From contig CALWJF010000065.1 in assembly GCA_944380935.1 (NCBI GenBank), positions 1 through 46,294 on the forward strand: DNA of 46,294 nt, given 5' to 3'. The translations under genes and the position numbers were made by a program. Origin of the DNA: an uncultured Clostridia bacterium. Its GTDB lineage: Bacteria; Bacillota; Clostridia; Oscillospirales; QAMX01. The notes under the pieces are model-generated. The model did no database searches. It worked only from the letters and a program-made list of their open reading frames with translations, and was not told where the DNA came from. Of this stretch, positions 9,741 through 19,700 are shown in pieces (position 1 is the stretch's first letter; every line of letters begins with the position of its first letter).

Positions 9741-10319
9741 TTACCCTTCCAGATAATCCTTTATCAGGCCGGCGTAATCGCCGACGGAAATCGTGCCGGT
9801 ATCGGCAGACGCTGCGGACAGATAGCCGGCAGGGTACTTATGGGTTTGTATCTTCTCATTTTCATCGATTAATCTTAGATAGATCGGCGTCAGTACATGG
9901 TTATTCGCATCCAGGAAAACCAGCACATGGTCACCCTTTTTTAAAAGTTCAACGCCGTCCACCCTATAGATTCGGTCGTCCAATTCCCCGCCCTGCTGTA
10001 TACAAACAACACTGTCTTTCTCTTCGCCCTTCAGGGTGTGCTCCACCGAAATGACAGCGTCCGTATACACATCATAGGCTACCATATCGGTATCCGGAGG
10101 GCCGAAGGCTACGGTCCGGGCATCCGCCACGGAAGAAACCGTGCCGATGACAATCGTAGACGCAATGTCGCAGGCTTCCTCAAAGCTGAAATCCGCCCAG
10201 AGATTATGTACTTCGATGATCGGTTTGTCGGAACGCTGCGAAGCCTCCATACCGCACCCGGGAAACAGCGCCAGCAACAGGAACATTACAAAAATCAAGG
10301 AAATCCGTCTGTATTTCAT
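9741..10319 (-). CDS. Hypothetical lipoprotein
   Basis: GGAGGTG RBS, MKYRR basic N-terminus, hydrophobic core, FPGC lipobox. Confidence 0.8.
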   Translation of the reverse strand: MKYRRISLIFVMFLLLALFPGCGMEASQRSDKPIIEVHNLWADFSFEEACDIASTIVIGTVSSVADARTVAFGPPDTDMVAYDVYTDAVISVEHTLKGEEKDSVVCIQQGGELDDRIYRVDGVELLKKGDHVLVFLDANNHVLTPIYLRLIDENEKIQTHKYPAGYLSAASADTGTISVGDYAGLIKDYLEG

Positions 10320-10335
10320 AGCAAACACCTCCCTG

Positions 10336-10935
10336 TCAAGCATAGATGGAACGATAACTGTCTTTATCATAATTCTTCAAAACACGCTGCTGTGAGTTGC
10401 TCGAAAGAACGGGGCTCATCACGTTGTAAGGACAGCTTCCGACACCGCATGCCACAATGTTTACATCATTATGGCAATGTGCCACACCATATGCATGACC
10501 AAGTTCATGTAATATTACACTCTGTAAATCATAAGCGCCAACTTGCGCGGAGTCTGAAAAAGTATGAGAATTTGATAATCGAATCCAGACATACTGCAAA
10601 TCACCCAAGTCCGGATTAGGGGTTATACGTGCAATGGTACCTGTAGGCAGATAATCGAAATATATTCTGCATTGACTGGTTGAATCATTTGTCAAAACAG
10701 AATTTAACAGTTCCGATCCATCGTCAGCTTGAACATAGCTCCATTTTGTCATCGCAGCTTCTGCCTGAGTTTCCTGCTATGATTCCAAGCCATCACAATA
10801 CCATTCGATTATATGCGGCACGCTCGGCCATTCAAACCCCAACGCATACCGCGGGCCCGCTGCATAAACCGCCGTCGAGGAACAGGCGAAAAGGGCGGTT
10901 ATGCAAATGAGCAGAATTTTCATTCCTTTGTTCAT
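10336..10935 (-). pseudogene. Secreted matrixin-like (metzincin, M10-like) zinc metalloprotease with one in-frame TAG at 10777-10779
   Basis: Signal peptide MNKGMKILLICITALFACSSTAVYA; HELGHAYGVAH zinc motif and VMSP Met-turn; the two ORF-track pieces are in the same frame, joined by TAG-QETQAEAA. Confidence 0.8.
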
Positions 10936-11017
10936 TTTACACATGCCTTTTCCAATTTTGCTTCTGCGGACGGGGGATAATCGATAAACCTTCTTCTCAT
11001 ACCGGCAATGTTGTAAC

Positions 11018-11055
11018 TTACATGTAAATTTTACAAAAAATTCAGATTCTGTCAA
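11018..11055 (-). promoter_or_regulatory. Promoter of the metalloprotease operon with a palindrome at the start site
   Basis: TTGACA-N16-TAAAAT followed by perfect palindrome TTACATGTAA (11018-11027). Confidence 0.55.
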
Positions 11056-11164
11056 TATTTTTTGTAGTTTATTTCACTGGCGTTGATGATTTTTACTGTT
11101 TTTTTCCGTTTTCCTTCAAACTGTGTTATATCTGCGCTTATATAAAGTTATATCATTTCTCTAT

Positions 11165-11193
11165 TTGCATTTTCTGTACGCTTCCTTTATAAT
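11165..11193 (+). promoter_or_regulatory. sigma-A promoter of rex
   Basis: TTGCAT-N17-TATAAT. Confidence 0.7.
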
Positions 11194-11225
11194 AAGAAAC
11201 GGAATTTAACCAAAGGAGCAAAAAA

Positions 11226-11846
11226 ATGAGCGTTTCGCCAAAACTGTTTACACGGCTTCCGATGTACCTGCATTACCTCAAGCAGATGCCGGAAGAAGTG
11301 GAAAATATATCCGCCACCGCCATCGCTGCCGCGCTTGGATACGGCGACGTGCAGGTGCGCAAGGACCTGTCCGCCGTCAGCGGCGAAGGCAAGCCGAAAA
11401 CCGGCTATGAGGTTTCCGGCTTAATCCGCGCACTGGAAAATTTTCTGGGCTATAATCAGATCAATACCGCTGTGATCGTCGGCGCCGGGAAGCTGGGCAT
11501 GGCGCTTTATGAATATTCCGGTTTTGCTGAATACGGCCTGCGCATCGCTGCGGCGTTTGATAAGGACCCGGCAAAAACCGGCGTCACTTCCAGCGGTAAA
11601 ATGGTTTATCCGCTGTCGGATTTTGAAGATTTCTGTTCCGATGGGGCAGTCAAAATCGGGATCATCACAACCCCCGCCTCCGCCGCGCAGGAAGCCTGCA
11701 ATCTGATGTGTGCAAACGGCATCGCGGCGATCTGGTGCTTCGCACCGGCGCACATCAACGCCCGCGAAGGCGTTATGGTGCAGTATGAAAATATGGCGAG
11801 TTCCCTCGCCATGCTTTCCAGCCATCTGGCGCGGGAAACGGAATAA
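11226..11846 (+). CDS. rex: Redox-sensing transcriptional repressor Rex
   Basis: RLPMYLHYL, QVRKDLS, GYEV N-terminal motifs; IVGAGKLG Rossmann fold. Confidence 0.93.
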   Translation: MSVSPKLFTRLPMYLHYLKQMPEEVENISATAIAAALGYGDVQVRKDLSAVSGEGKPKTGYEVSGLIRALENFLGYNQINTAVIVGAGKLGMALYEYSGFAEYGLRIAAAFDKDPAKTGVTSSGKMVYPLSDFEDFCSDGAVKIGIITTPASAAQEACNLMCANGIAAIWCFAPAHINAREGVMVQYENMASSLAMLSSHLARETE

Positions 11847-11915
11847 GCGTGCCCTCCGTCCCTGCGGAGTGCTGTGTTTGCATTTTTATACAAAATCCCG
11901 GAAAGGAGCTTTCGG

Positions 11916-12806
11916 ATGTTATTTACCAATCAGGCGCATCACTGTTTTGCAAAAGACCCGGCTGTTGTCCGCTTTGGCCGGCAGTATTTCCTCTACTACT
12001 CCATGCTGCACGATGATCAATCTTTCGGCGTCGGGATCGCAGTTTCCCCGGATATGGAAAATTGGGCCTGTGCCGGAGAAATCGAACAGACACAGCCCTG
12101 CGAAAGCCAGGGGATTGCCGCCCCGGCCGCGATCATGTTAGATGGGCGCATCCATTTGTTTTACCAGACTTATGGGAACGGACGGCTGGATGCAATTTGC
12201 CACGCGGTGAGTACAGACGGCTTCCATTTTGAAAAAAATCCTGAAAACCCCGTCTTCCGTCCCAGTTCGGACTGGTGCTGCGGCCGCGCCATCGACGCCG
12301 ATGTCTGTGTTTGGAACCATATGCTTTATCTCTATTTTGCTACGCGCGATCATGCGTTTGCCATCCAGAAGGTCGGAGGCGCCTGCGCGGCGCTGGATTC
12401 CGGTTTCGGGCGGGATGCGTGGCGGCAGCTTGCACGGCAGACGCTGGTGCATCCGGAATTTTTATGGGAAGGCGCATGCATCGAAGCGCCGGCAACCCTT
12501 GTCCACAACGGACGGCTTTATCTGTTCTACGGCGGCTCGTATAACTGTACGCCCCAGCAGATTGGCTGTGCGGTTTCCGACGACGGAATCTTCTTCCAGA
12601 AGCTCTTTACCGAACCGCTGCTTCCCTGCGGCGGCCCTCAGGACTGGAACAGCAGTGAATCCGGACATCCCTATGCGTTTGCGGATGACGACGGACGTTG
12701 TTATCTATTTTATCAGGGCAGCGCAGATATGGGAAAAACCTGGTATCTAAGTCGCAAAGAAATCCTGTTTGACCACGCGGGTATCCCGCGCCTGGTCGAA
12801 TGCTAA
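11916..12806 (+). CDS. Five-bladed beta-propeller glycoside hydrolase (GH43-like), cytoplasmic
   Basis: KDPAVV, AIDAD, CIEAP acidic motifs; repeated blade motifs (S-D-G-x-F); AAGGAG RBS before ATG 11916. Confidence 0.8.
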   Translation: MLFTNQAHHCFAKDPAVVRFGRQYFLYYSMLHDDQSFGVGIAVSPDMENWACAGEIEQTQPCESQGIAAPAAIMLDGRIHLFYQTYGNGRLDAICHAVSTDGFHFEKNPENPVFRPSSDWCCGRAIDADVCVWNHMLYLYFATRDHAFAIQKVGGACAALDSGFGRDAWRQLARQTLVHPEFLWEGACIEAPATLVHNGRLYLFYGGSYNCTPQQIGCAVSDDGIFFQKLFTEPLLPCGGPQDWNSSESGHPYAFADDDGRCYLFYQGSADMGKTWYLSRKEILFDHAGIPRLVEC

Positions 12807-12839
12807 TCTATACCTATTGATCTACATTCTTTATATTAT

Positions 12840-12878
12840 ACCGCCGTTACGGGAAACTTCACCTGCAACGGCGGTTAT
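12840..12878 (+). terminator. Terminator after the GH43-like gene
   Basis: ACCGCCGTT...AACGGCGGT stem. Confidence 0.65.
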
Positions 12879-12994
12879 TGTGCTTTTTATATCTCATTGT
12901 TTATTTCTTTTACTTTAAAAAGCGTCTTTATTTTAATAAGTGCAAAAATGTGGGGTGAATTTTATAATTCTGTAAATAATTGACAAACTTTTTA

Positions 12995-13023
12995 TTGACT
13001 TTATGGAAATAAACAACTAAAAT
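12995..13023 (+). promoter_or_regulatory. Promoter of CE15-SLH gene 1
   Basis: TTGACT-N17-TAAAAT. Confidence 0.6.
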
Positions 13024-13068
13024 TATAGGCAGCAAAGAATCCCCCAAAAAAATCATAGGAGGAAAAAA

Positions 13069-16000
13069 ATGAAAAAACTAATTGCACTGCTCACTGCGGT
13101 TGCCTTGGTGCTAACGCTGAGTGCACCCGCGCTGGCTACAGACATGTGGCCCGGTTATCCCGGTCCTGATGAGCTGGAAGTCCAGACTACGATCCCGAAT
13201 CCGTTCAAATTCGTTAACGCAGAGAACGATCCGACGGGTGACGGTTATGTTTCCAGCCCTGAAGAATGGGAAGCCCGCCGTGAAGAGATTAAGGATCTCT
13301 TCCAGCACTATTGGTACGGCTATAAGTGGCCCACCGCAGCTAAGGACGTCGTCGGTTATACCGAAGTGCGCGACGATCCGAACACCGCAAGCTTCCGCTC
13401 CGGTTGGAGCACTGCTACGGTAAATCTGGGTGAAGCCTTTGCAGAACTGACCGCCGCCATTCAGGCCGGCGCTGTTCAAGTCGGCGATGCGACGTATGGC
13501 CCGGAAACAGATGAAGCAGCCGCAAAAGCTTTAGCTATTGAAGCTTGGAATGCCGGCTATACCATTACAAAAGAAGTGACTTCCTGGGGATCCACTGTAG
13601 CAATTGAATGCTGCTTTGTGGATCAGACCGGTAAAATCGATGCGGATTCCATCCCGACTGTAACCATTCCGGTTGCACATCAGGTCGTCAAGATTCAAAA
13701 TCCGGAACTGGGGACCGAAGCAAGCTTCGATATTACGGTTACCGTTCCATCTGACGAACAGCGGATCGCCGCCTGGGGCAATGCGACCGATCCGGTCCCG
13801 GTTATGATCGGTATCGGCGGCACCTTCAGCGCAGACGCTTTGCTGAATGCCGGTTACGGTATCGCCACCTTCAAAACCACAACCATCTATCCGGATAAAG
13901 AAGGCGGAAACGGAAACGAAGACCGCAGCGGCGTTTATACGGATCTGTACCCGTATGACCCGACTGTATATGAATATTCCTCCGGCTCCCATATGGCCTG
14001 GGCCTGGGCGGTAAGCCAGATTATCACCGCTTTGGAAAATGCTTCCGGCACAGAGGGTTCGACCGTAACCTTCGGTGAGGAGCTCGGCCTTGACCCGACC
14101 CGTGTCGGCGTTACCGGACATTCCCGTAACGGCCAGACTTCCATCGTTGCCGCTGCATTTGATGAACGCATCGACGTTTGTCTGCCGTCTGAACCGGCAA
14201 CCGGAAGCTATACTTATAAAGTTGAAGGCAAGATCTTCAACTGGAACACTTCCTATTATCCCGCTGCCGACCGCGTTTACGGAAAAACCGGTCCTACTTC
14301 CAACGGCCTTGGCGGCACCTGGTTCTCCGGCGCAGCGGATATCTTTGAAGAAGGCTACCGCGAACTGCTGCTTCCGTTCGACCCGAGCGAACTGATCGCG
14401 CTCGTCGCGCCGCGGCCCTATTTCGTCGTAACCGGTATCCATCAGCACTGGCAGGGCAACGAAGGCATCGTGGCCATCGTCAAAGCTGCTGCTGAAGTTT
14501 ATGATTATATCGGCGAAACGGAAACCGAAAAGAATAACGTCGGCGTACGCGCCCGTGAAAGCTCGCATTCCTTCTACTACAATTTCGACATCCCGTTTGC
14601 GATTGCGATCCTCGACCGCGAATTCAAGCAGGATGAAAGCGATACCGTCCTGCATGTCCAGGATCTCTATCCGGACGGCGACAGCGCGCAGAACATGTCC
14701 TATCCGGCAAAGGATTATGCCAACATCAGCGACATGACCTCGCATCCGTTCGAAATTGCCAGCGCTTATATGCCCTGGTCCAGCCCCAACAAGTACATGC
14801 TGTGGACGGCGCAGGACAACTTCCTGGTCAATCAGAACGTTACCATTACTGCGCATTCTGACGCACCGGATGTAGATCTGTATACCCCGTCCGGAACCAA
14901 AATCGACGCCGTCTCCCATGAGGGTGAAATCCTTACCTTCACGCTGACGCCGGATCAGGCGGTTTACGGCCGTTATGAACTGCGTACAGTTGGTTCCGAT
15001 AAGGAAAACCGCAGCGTGTACTTCTCCGCCATCAGCCTGTCCGACGCACTGCGCCACGGCACCACCAAGGGCGACGAAGGCGAGCAGAACCGTGTGCTCG
15101 GTTTCTCCAGCCGTCTTGCCAATACCGAGCAGGACCCGCCGGTTGTCTACATCAACGGCGTCGCTACGGATATGAACTTTACCAGCAATCGGAATCCGGA
15201 CGAAGAAACCACCCTTTTCGGTTACGGAATCCAGTTCCATGATAAACTGTTCGCCCGCATCGCCAACGAAGGCTGGGACGAGACCGGTACGTTCAGCGTT
15301 AAGAATCTGAAATTCGTTACGCTGCCCGGCTATGTCTTTGAATTCTCCATGGCTGATATTTATGCTTCCGCAGAGGATAACGGCGAAGAAGGCGCGGACA
15401 AGTTTGTAAAAGATATTTCCTGGCCGGTGGAACGCTACAACAACGGTGAAGCCGAAGTCTGGCCGCCGATTCCTTATGGTCCGGAAGAACGGGCCGCTTA
15501 TGAAGCCGGAAAGACCATTTCCAGACCGGAAGGCCCGGACACCTGGACCACGGACTTCGACGCAGAAATCGTTGAAACCCGTGTGGCAGCCGAAGGTTCC
15601 AATGTCGTGATTACTCTGAAGTTCAGCGAAGCGCTGAATAAGGGCGAATATGCTTTCGGCTTTGATTCCGCATCGAACTGGACAACCGCCTGGAATGAAG
15701 CCGGAGACGAACTGTCTATTACCATCAGCGGCAGCAACATTCAGTCGGATGATGGTAAGATGGATCTGATTATCTTCCGTTTGATGGATCTGGAAGACAA
15801 CCTCATCGCCGGTCCGATTCAGATTGAAATAACGCTGCCGGAGGATTATTCCACCGGTACCGATGACACGGAAACCGATACGGATAAGAGCGCTCTGCTG
15901 AACAAGCAGGATCACAACGCTTATGTCAGCGGCTATCCGGACGGCACCATTCGTCCGGACGCCAGCATCACCCGTGCTGAGGTTGCTACGATGTTCTTCA

Positions 16001-16569
16001 GCATTCTGACGGATGAAGCCAAGGCAGAATATGCGACCCGCACCAACAGCTTTACCGACGTTAAGGCGGGCAGCTGGTATGAAGAAGCCGTTTCCACGCT
16101 CAGCGCCATGGGCGTATTCAATGGGTATAAGGACGGCAGCTTTAAGCCGAGCCAGAACATTACCCGCGCTGAATTTGCAACGATCGCCGCCGCGTTCGCG
16201 CAGCAGCAGGCGCAAACCATTACCTTTACAGACGTTGCGGAAAAGCACTGGGCAAGCAAAAACATTTCTCTTGTCGCCGCCAATGGCTGGGTCACCGGTT
16301 ATAAGGACGGCACCTTCCTGCCGAATCAAAATATCACCCGTGCCGAAGCCATGTCGATCATTAACCGGATGCTGGATCGTAATCCGCAGAGCATTGACGA
16401 TCTCTCCGATACGATGAAGACCTGGAGCGATAACGCAAATACGAAGAAGTGGTATTATCTGACGATTCAGGAAGCAACCAACAGTCACGAATATACCCGT
16501 ACTGAAGATGGGTTTGAGGTCTGGGGCAGCGCTTCTGCAACGGAAAACACCCCGGTTTCGGCAGAATAG
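13069..16569 (+). CDS. Secreted CE15 (glucuronoyl esterase-like) alpha/beta hydrolase with C-terminal SLH domains, paralog 1
   Basis: Signal peptide; AWAWAVS, GVTGHSRNGQ, AAAFDERI, LIALVAPRP CE15 motifs; three GYxDG...ITRAE SLH repeats. Confidence 0.8.
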   Translation: MKKLIALLTAVALVLTLSAPALATDMWPGYPGPDELEVQTTIPNPFKFVNAENDPTGDGYVSSPEEWEARREEIKDLFQHYWYGYKWPTAAKDVVGYTEVRDDPNTASFRSGWSTATVNLGEAFAELTAAIQAGAVQVGDATYGPETDEAAAKALAIEAWNAGYTITKEVTSWGSTVAIECCFVDQTGKIDADSIPTVTIPVAHQVVKIQNPELGTEASFDITVTVPSDEQRIAAWGNATDPVPVMIGIGGTFSADALLNAGYGIATFKTTTIYPDKEGGNGNEDRSGVYTDLYPYDPTVYEYSSGSHMAWAWAVSQIITALENASGTEGSTVTFGEELGLDPTRVGVTGHSRNGQTSIVAAAFDERIDVCLPSEPATGSYTYKVEGKIFNWNTSYYPAADRVYGKTGPTSNGLGGTWFSGAADIFEEGYRELLLPFDPSELIALVAPRPYFVVTGIHQHWQGNEGIVAIVKAAAEVYDYIGETETEKNNVGVRARESSHSFYYNFDIPFAIAILDREFKQDESDTVLHVQDLYPDGDSAQNMSYPAKDYANISDMTSHPFEIASAYMPWSSPNKYMLWTAQDNFLVNQNVTITAHSDAPDVDLYTPSGTKIDAVSHEGEILTFTLTPDQAVYGRYELRTVGSDKENRSVYFSAISLSDALRHGTTKGDEGEQNRVLGFSSRLANTEQDPPVVYINGVATDMNFTSNRNPDEETTLFGYGIQFHDKLFARIANEGWDETGTFSVKNLKFVTLPGYVFEFSMADIYASAEDNGEEGADKFVKDISWPVERYNNGEAEVWPPIPYGPEERAAYEAGKTISRPEGPDTWTTDFDAEIVETRVAAEGSNVVITLKFSEALNKGEYAFGFDSASNWTTAWNEAGDELSITISGSNIQSDDGKMDLIIFRLMDLEDNLIAGPIQIEITLPEDYSTGTDDTETDTDKSALLNKQDHNAYVSGYPDGTIRPDASITRAEVATMFFSILTDEAKAEYATRTNSFTDVKAGSWYEEAVSTLSAMGVFNGYKDGSFKPSQNITRAEFATIAAAFAQQQAQTITFTDVAEKHWASKNISLVAANGWVTGYKDGTFLPNQNITRAEAMSIINRMLDRNPQSIDDLSDTMKTWSDNANTKKWYYLTIQEATNSHEYTRTEDGFEVWGSASATENTPVSAE

Positions 16570-16600
16570 TCCTAAACTGCATATTTTTACAACAAATTGT

Positions 16601-16637
16601 ATCGCGTGCAGACAAAATCTGCACGCGATATTTTTTT
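16601..16637 (+). terminator. Terminator between the two CE15-SLH genes
   Basis: ATCGCGTGCAGA-CAAAA-TCTGCACGCGAT followed by T7. Confidence 0.8.
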
Positions 16638-16719
16638 ACAATAACTTTGCAAAAAAATGTTTTTTAACAAAATTTATCCATTGTAACGGTTTATTTTATG
16701 AAATAAAAACAAATTTTTA

Positions 16720-16747
16720 TTGACTTTTTTTAAAATTCGTTTAAAAT
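16720..16747 (+). promoter_or_regulatory. Promoter of CE15-SLH gene 2
   Basis: TTGACT-N16-TAAAAT, same context as paralog 1. Confidence 0.55.
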
Positions 16748-16791
16748 AGGTGGTAGTCTTCTTTTTTAAAAAACACATAGGAGGGAAAGAC

Positions 16792-19700
16792 ATGAAAAAA
16801 CTTGTTGCGCTGTTAATTACAGCCGCAATGATCGTCACGCTCGGTGCGCCTGCTTTCGCAGCGGCTCCGCTCGACGGATATCCGGGCATTGACGAACTGG
16901 AAGCGATCGATACGATTCCAAACCCGTTTAAGTTCTTCGATGCATCGAACGACCCGACGGGCGACGGCTATGTTTCCACCCCGGAGGAGTGGGAAGCACG
17001 CCGTGAGGAAATCAAAGACCTTGTACAGCATTACTGGCTTGGTTATCAGTGGGAAACCGATCCGGCGGATGTTTCCGGCGGTTCTGTGCCTGAAGAAATT
17101 GCGAATACGGTATCGTTCGGCGGTTTCTGGGGCATGGGCGGTGCTACCATTAACATCGGTGAGGAGTTCACCAAACTCGTTGCCGCCATCCAGACCGAAG
17201 GCGTAACGGTCGGTGAAGATACTTACGGACCGGAAGCTGACGAAGAAGCTGCAACAGCTTTGGCAATCGAAGCCTGGAATGCAGGCTACAGCGTCCATTA
17301 GGTTGCATCCGGATGGATGGGCTGGGGCGCCGGTGAAGGCGACGCCGTCATGAAAGAGCAGACCGGCGAAATCGATGCCGACAGTATTCCTGGCACAACC
17401 AAAATTGTTTATTACTACAATGTAATCGTAAAGAATCCCGATACGGGCGTCGAAGCGCAGTTCCGTATTAATATTTCTGCGCCGACTGCGCAGCAAAAGC
17501 TCGATGTCTGGGGCGATGAAAATGCACAGGTTCCGTTTGTCATCGACGTCGGCGGCGCTGCAGCATTCTCCGCTGCAAACCTGAACCCGCAGGGCTATGC
17601 GCTGGTTTCTTTCACTCCGACGGATATTTATCCGGATGATTCTTCTGAATCCGATGGCATCAACCGTGACGGTGTTTATACCGAACTGTATCCCTATGAT
17701 GCCGATGAATATGAATATGCATCCGGCGCATTACTCGCCTGGGCCTGGGGCGTCAGCCAGATCATCTCTGCCATGGAGCAGCCCTCCGCTACGGAAGGCT
17801 CCGATATGACCTTCGGTGAGGAAGTCGGCCTTGACCCGACACGTACGGTTGTAACCGGACACTCCCGTTATGGTAAAGCTGCCATGTTTGCTGCTGCCTT
17901 TGACGAGCGTATTTCCATCTGCTGCCCGTCTGAACCGGGCGGATCGGGTATCCAGTCCAACCGTTATAAGGTAGAAGGCAAGATCTTCAACTGGAATACC
18001 TCTTATTATCCGAAGGCAGACCGTGTTTACGGAAAGACCGAGACCCCGACCGTTTCTTATGGTTCCGGTAACTCCTGGTTCCCGGAGACTGCTGCTATGT
18101 TTGTAAATAAGGACAACCAGATCCCCTTCGATTCTGATGAAATCATTGCTCTGGTTGCTCCGCGTCCCTTCTTCGTTGTCAGCGGTATTGATACCCACTG
18201 GCTCGGAAACGAAGGCGGCGTTGCAAGCGTTATGGCTGCTGCGGAAGTCTACGACTACATAGGCGAAACTGAAATTGAGAAGACGAATATCGCCATCCGC
18301 TGCCGTCAGAGCGATCACGTATTCTATCCGCAGGATTTCTGCTTCGCGCTGGCCATTATGGACCGTGAATTCAAGCAGGATGAAAGCGATACCACGCTGC
18401 ATGTTCAGGATCTGTTCCCGACGGGCACGGACTATCGCTCCATGTCCTATCCGGCAGCAGATTATGATTACCTCAGCGACATCACCTCGCATCCGTTTGA
18501 AATTTCCAGCTATTATATGCCCTGGTCCAATGCAAACAAATATGTTCTGTGGACGGCACAGGATAACTTCCTGACCAACCACGACGTTACCATTACCGCT
18601 TATTCCGACGCACCGGAAGTTGTGCTTTATACTCCGGATGGCGTGATGATTGAGGCTGCCAGCTCCAGCGGCGAAGAGTTCATCTTTGAACTGAGCGCAG
18701 ACCAGGCGGTTTACGGCCGTTATGAACTGTGCACAGTCGGTTCCGATAAGGAAAACCGCAGCGTATATTTCTCCGCCATCAGCCTGTCCGATGCACTGCG
18801 TCACGGCACCACCAAAGGCGATGAAGGCGAAGAAAACCGTGTGCTCGGCTTCTCCAGCCGTCTTGCCAACAACGAGCAGGACCCGCCGGTTGTTTATATC
18901 GACGGCGTTGCTACAGATATGAGCTTTACCGCCGGCCGTATGCCGGAAGAAGAAACTACGCTGATGTCCTATGGTATCCAGTTCCATGATAAGCTTTTCG
19001 TCCGTATTGCGAACGAAGGCTGGGATGAGACCAAGACTTTCAGTGTAAAGAACCTGAAGTTCGTCACGCTGCCGGATTATGTCTTTGAATTCTCCATGGC
19101 AGACATTTACGCTTCCGCTGAGAATAACGGTAAGGAAGGCGCTTCCAAATTCACCAAGGCAATTTCCTGGCCGGTTGAACGCTACAACAATGGCGATGCA
19201 GAAGTCTGGCCGCCGATTCCGAACACGCTGGAAGAACGTCAGATTCTTGAAGCCGGCGGAACCGTTGAACGTCCGGAAGCTCCGGCTCCCTGGACCACGG
19301 ACTTCGATGCAGAAATTGTCAATTCCTATGCAGAACTCGATCTTGCTAAATTGAATATCGTAATCGAATTCAGCGAACCGCTGAATGTCGGTGAATATGC
19401 TTTCGGCCTGGACGTCGCCTCCGATTGGCAGACTTCCTGGAATGAAGCAGGCGATACTTTGACGATTTCCATCATCCGCGATGATCTGGCAGACGCTGAC
19501 GTCGCCAACATCATCATCTTCCGCCTGATGGATCTGGAAGGCAACCTCATTGCCGGCCCGATCGAATTGAGCGTTGATATTCCTGAGACTCCGACCATTG
19601 ATTTCGATGAGATCAAGCCGGTTGAAGGCTCCATCACCGTTTCTGTTGTTGATTCTGCAGATAATGCTGCAATCAGCGGCGCAAAAGTCAAGCTTTATGA

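Noticed and set aside
13531-16488. 985-aa antisense ORF
   Set aside because: Shadow of the CE15-SLH gene caused by codon bias; no RBS or motifs
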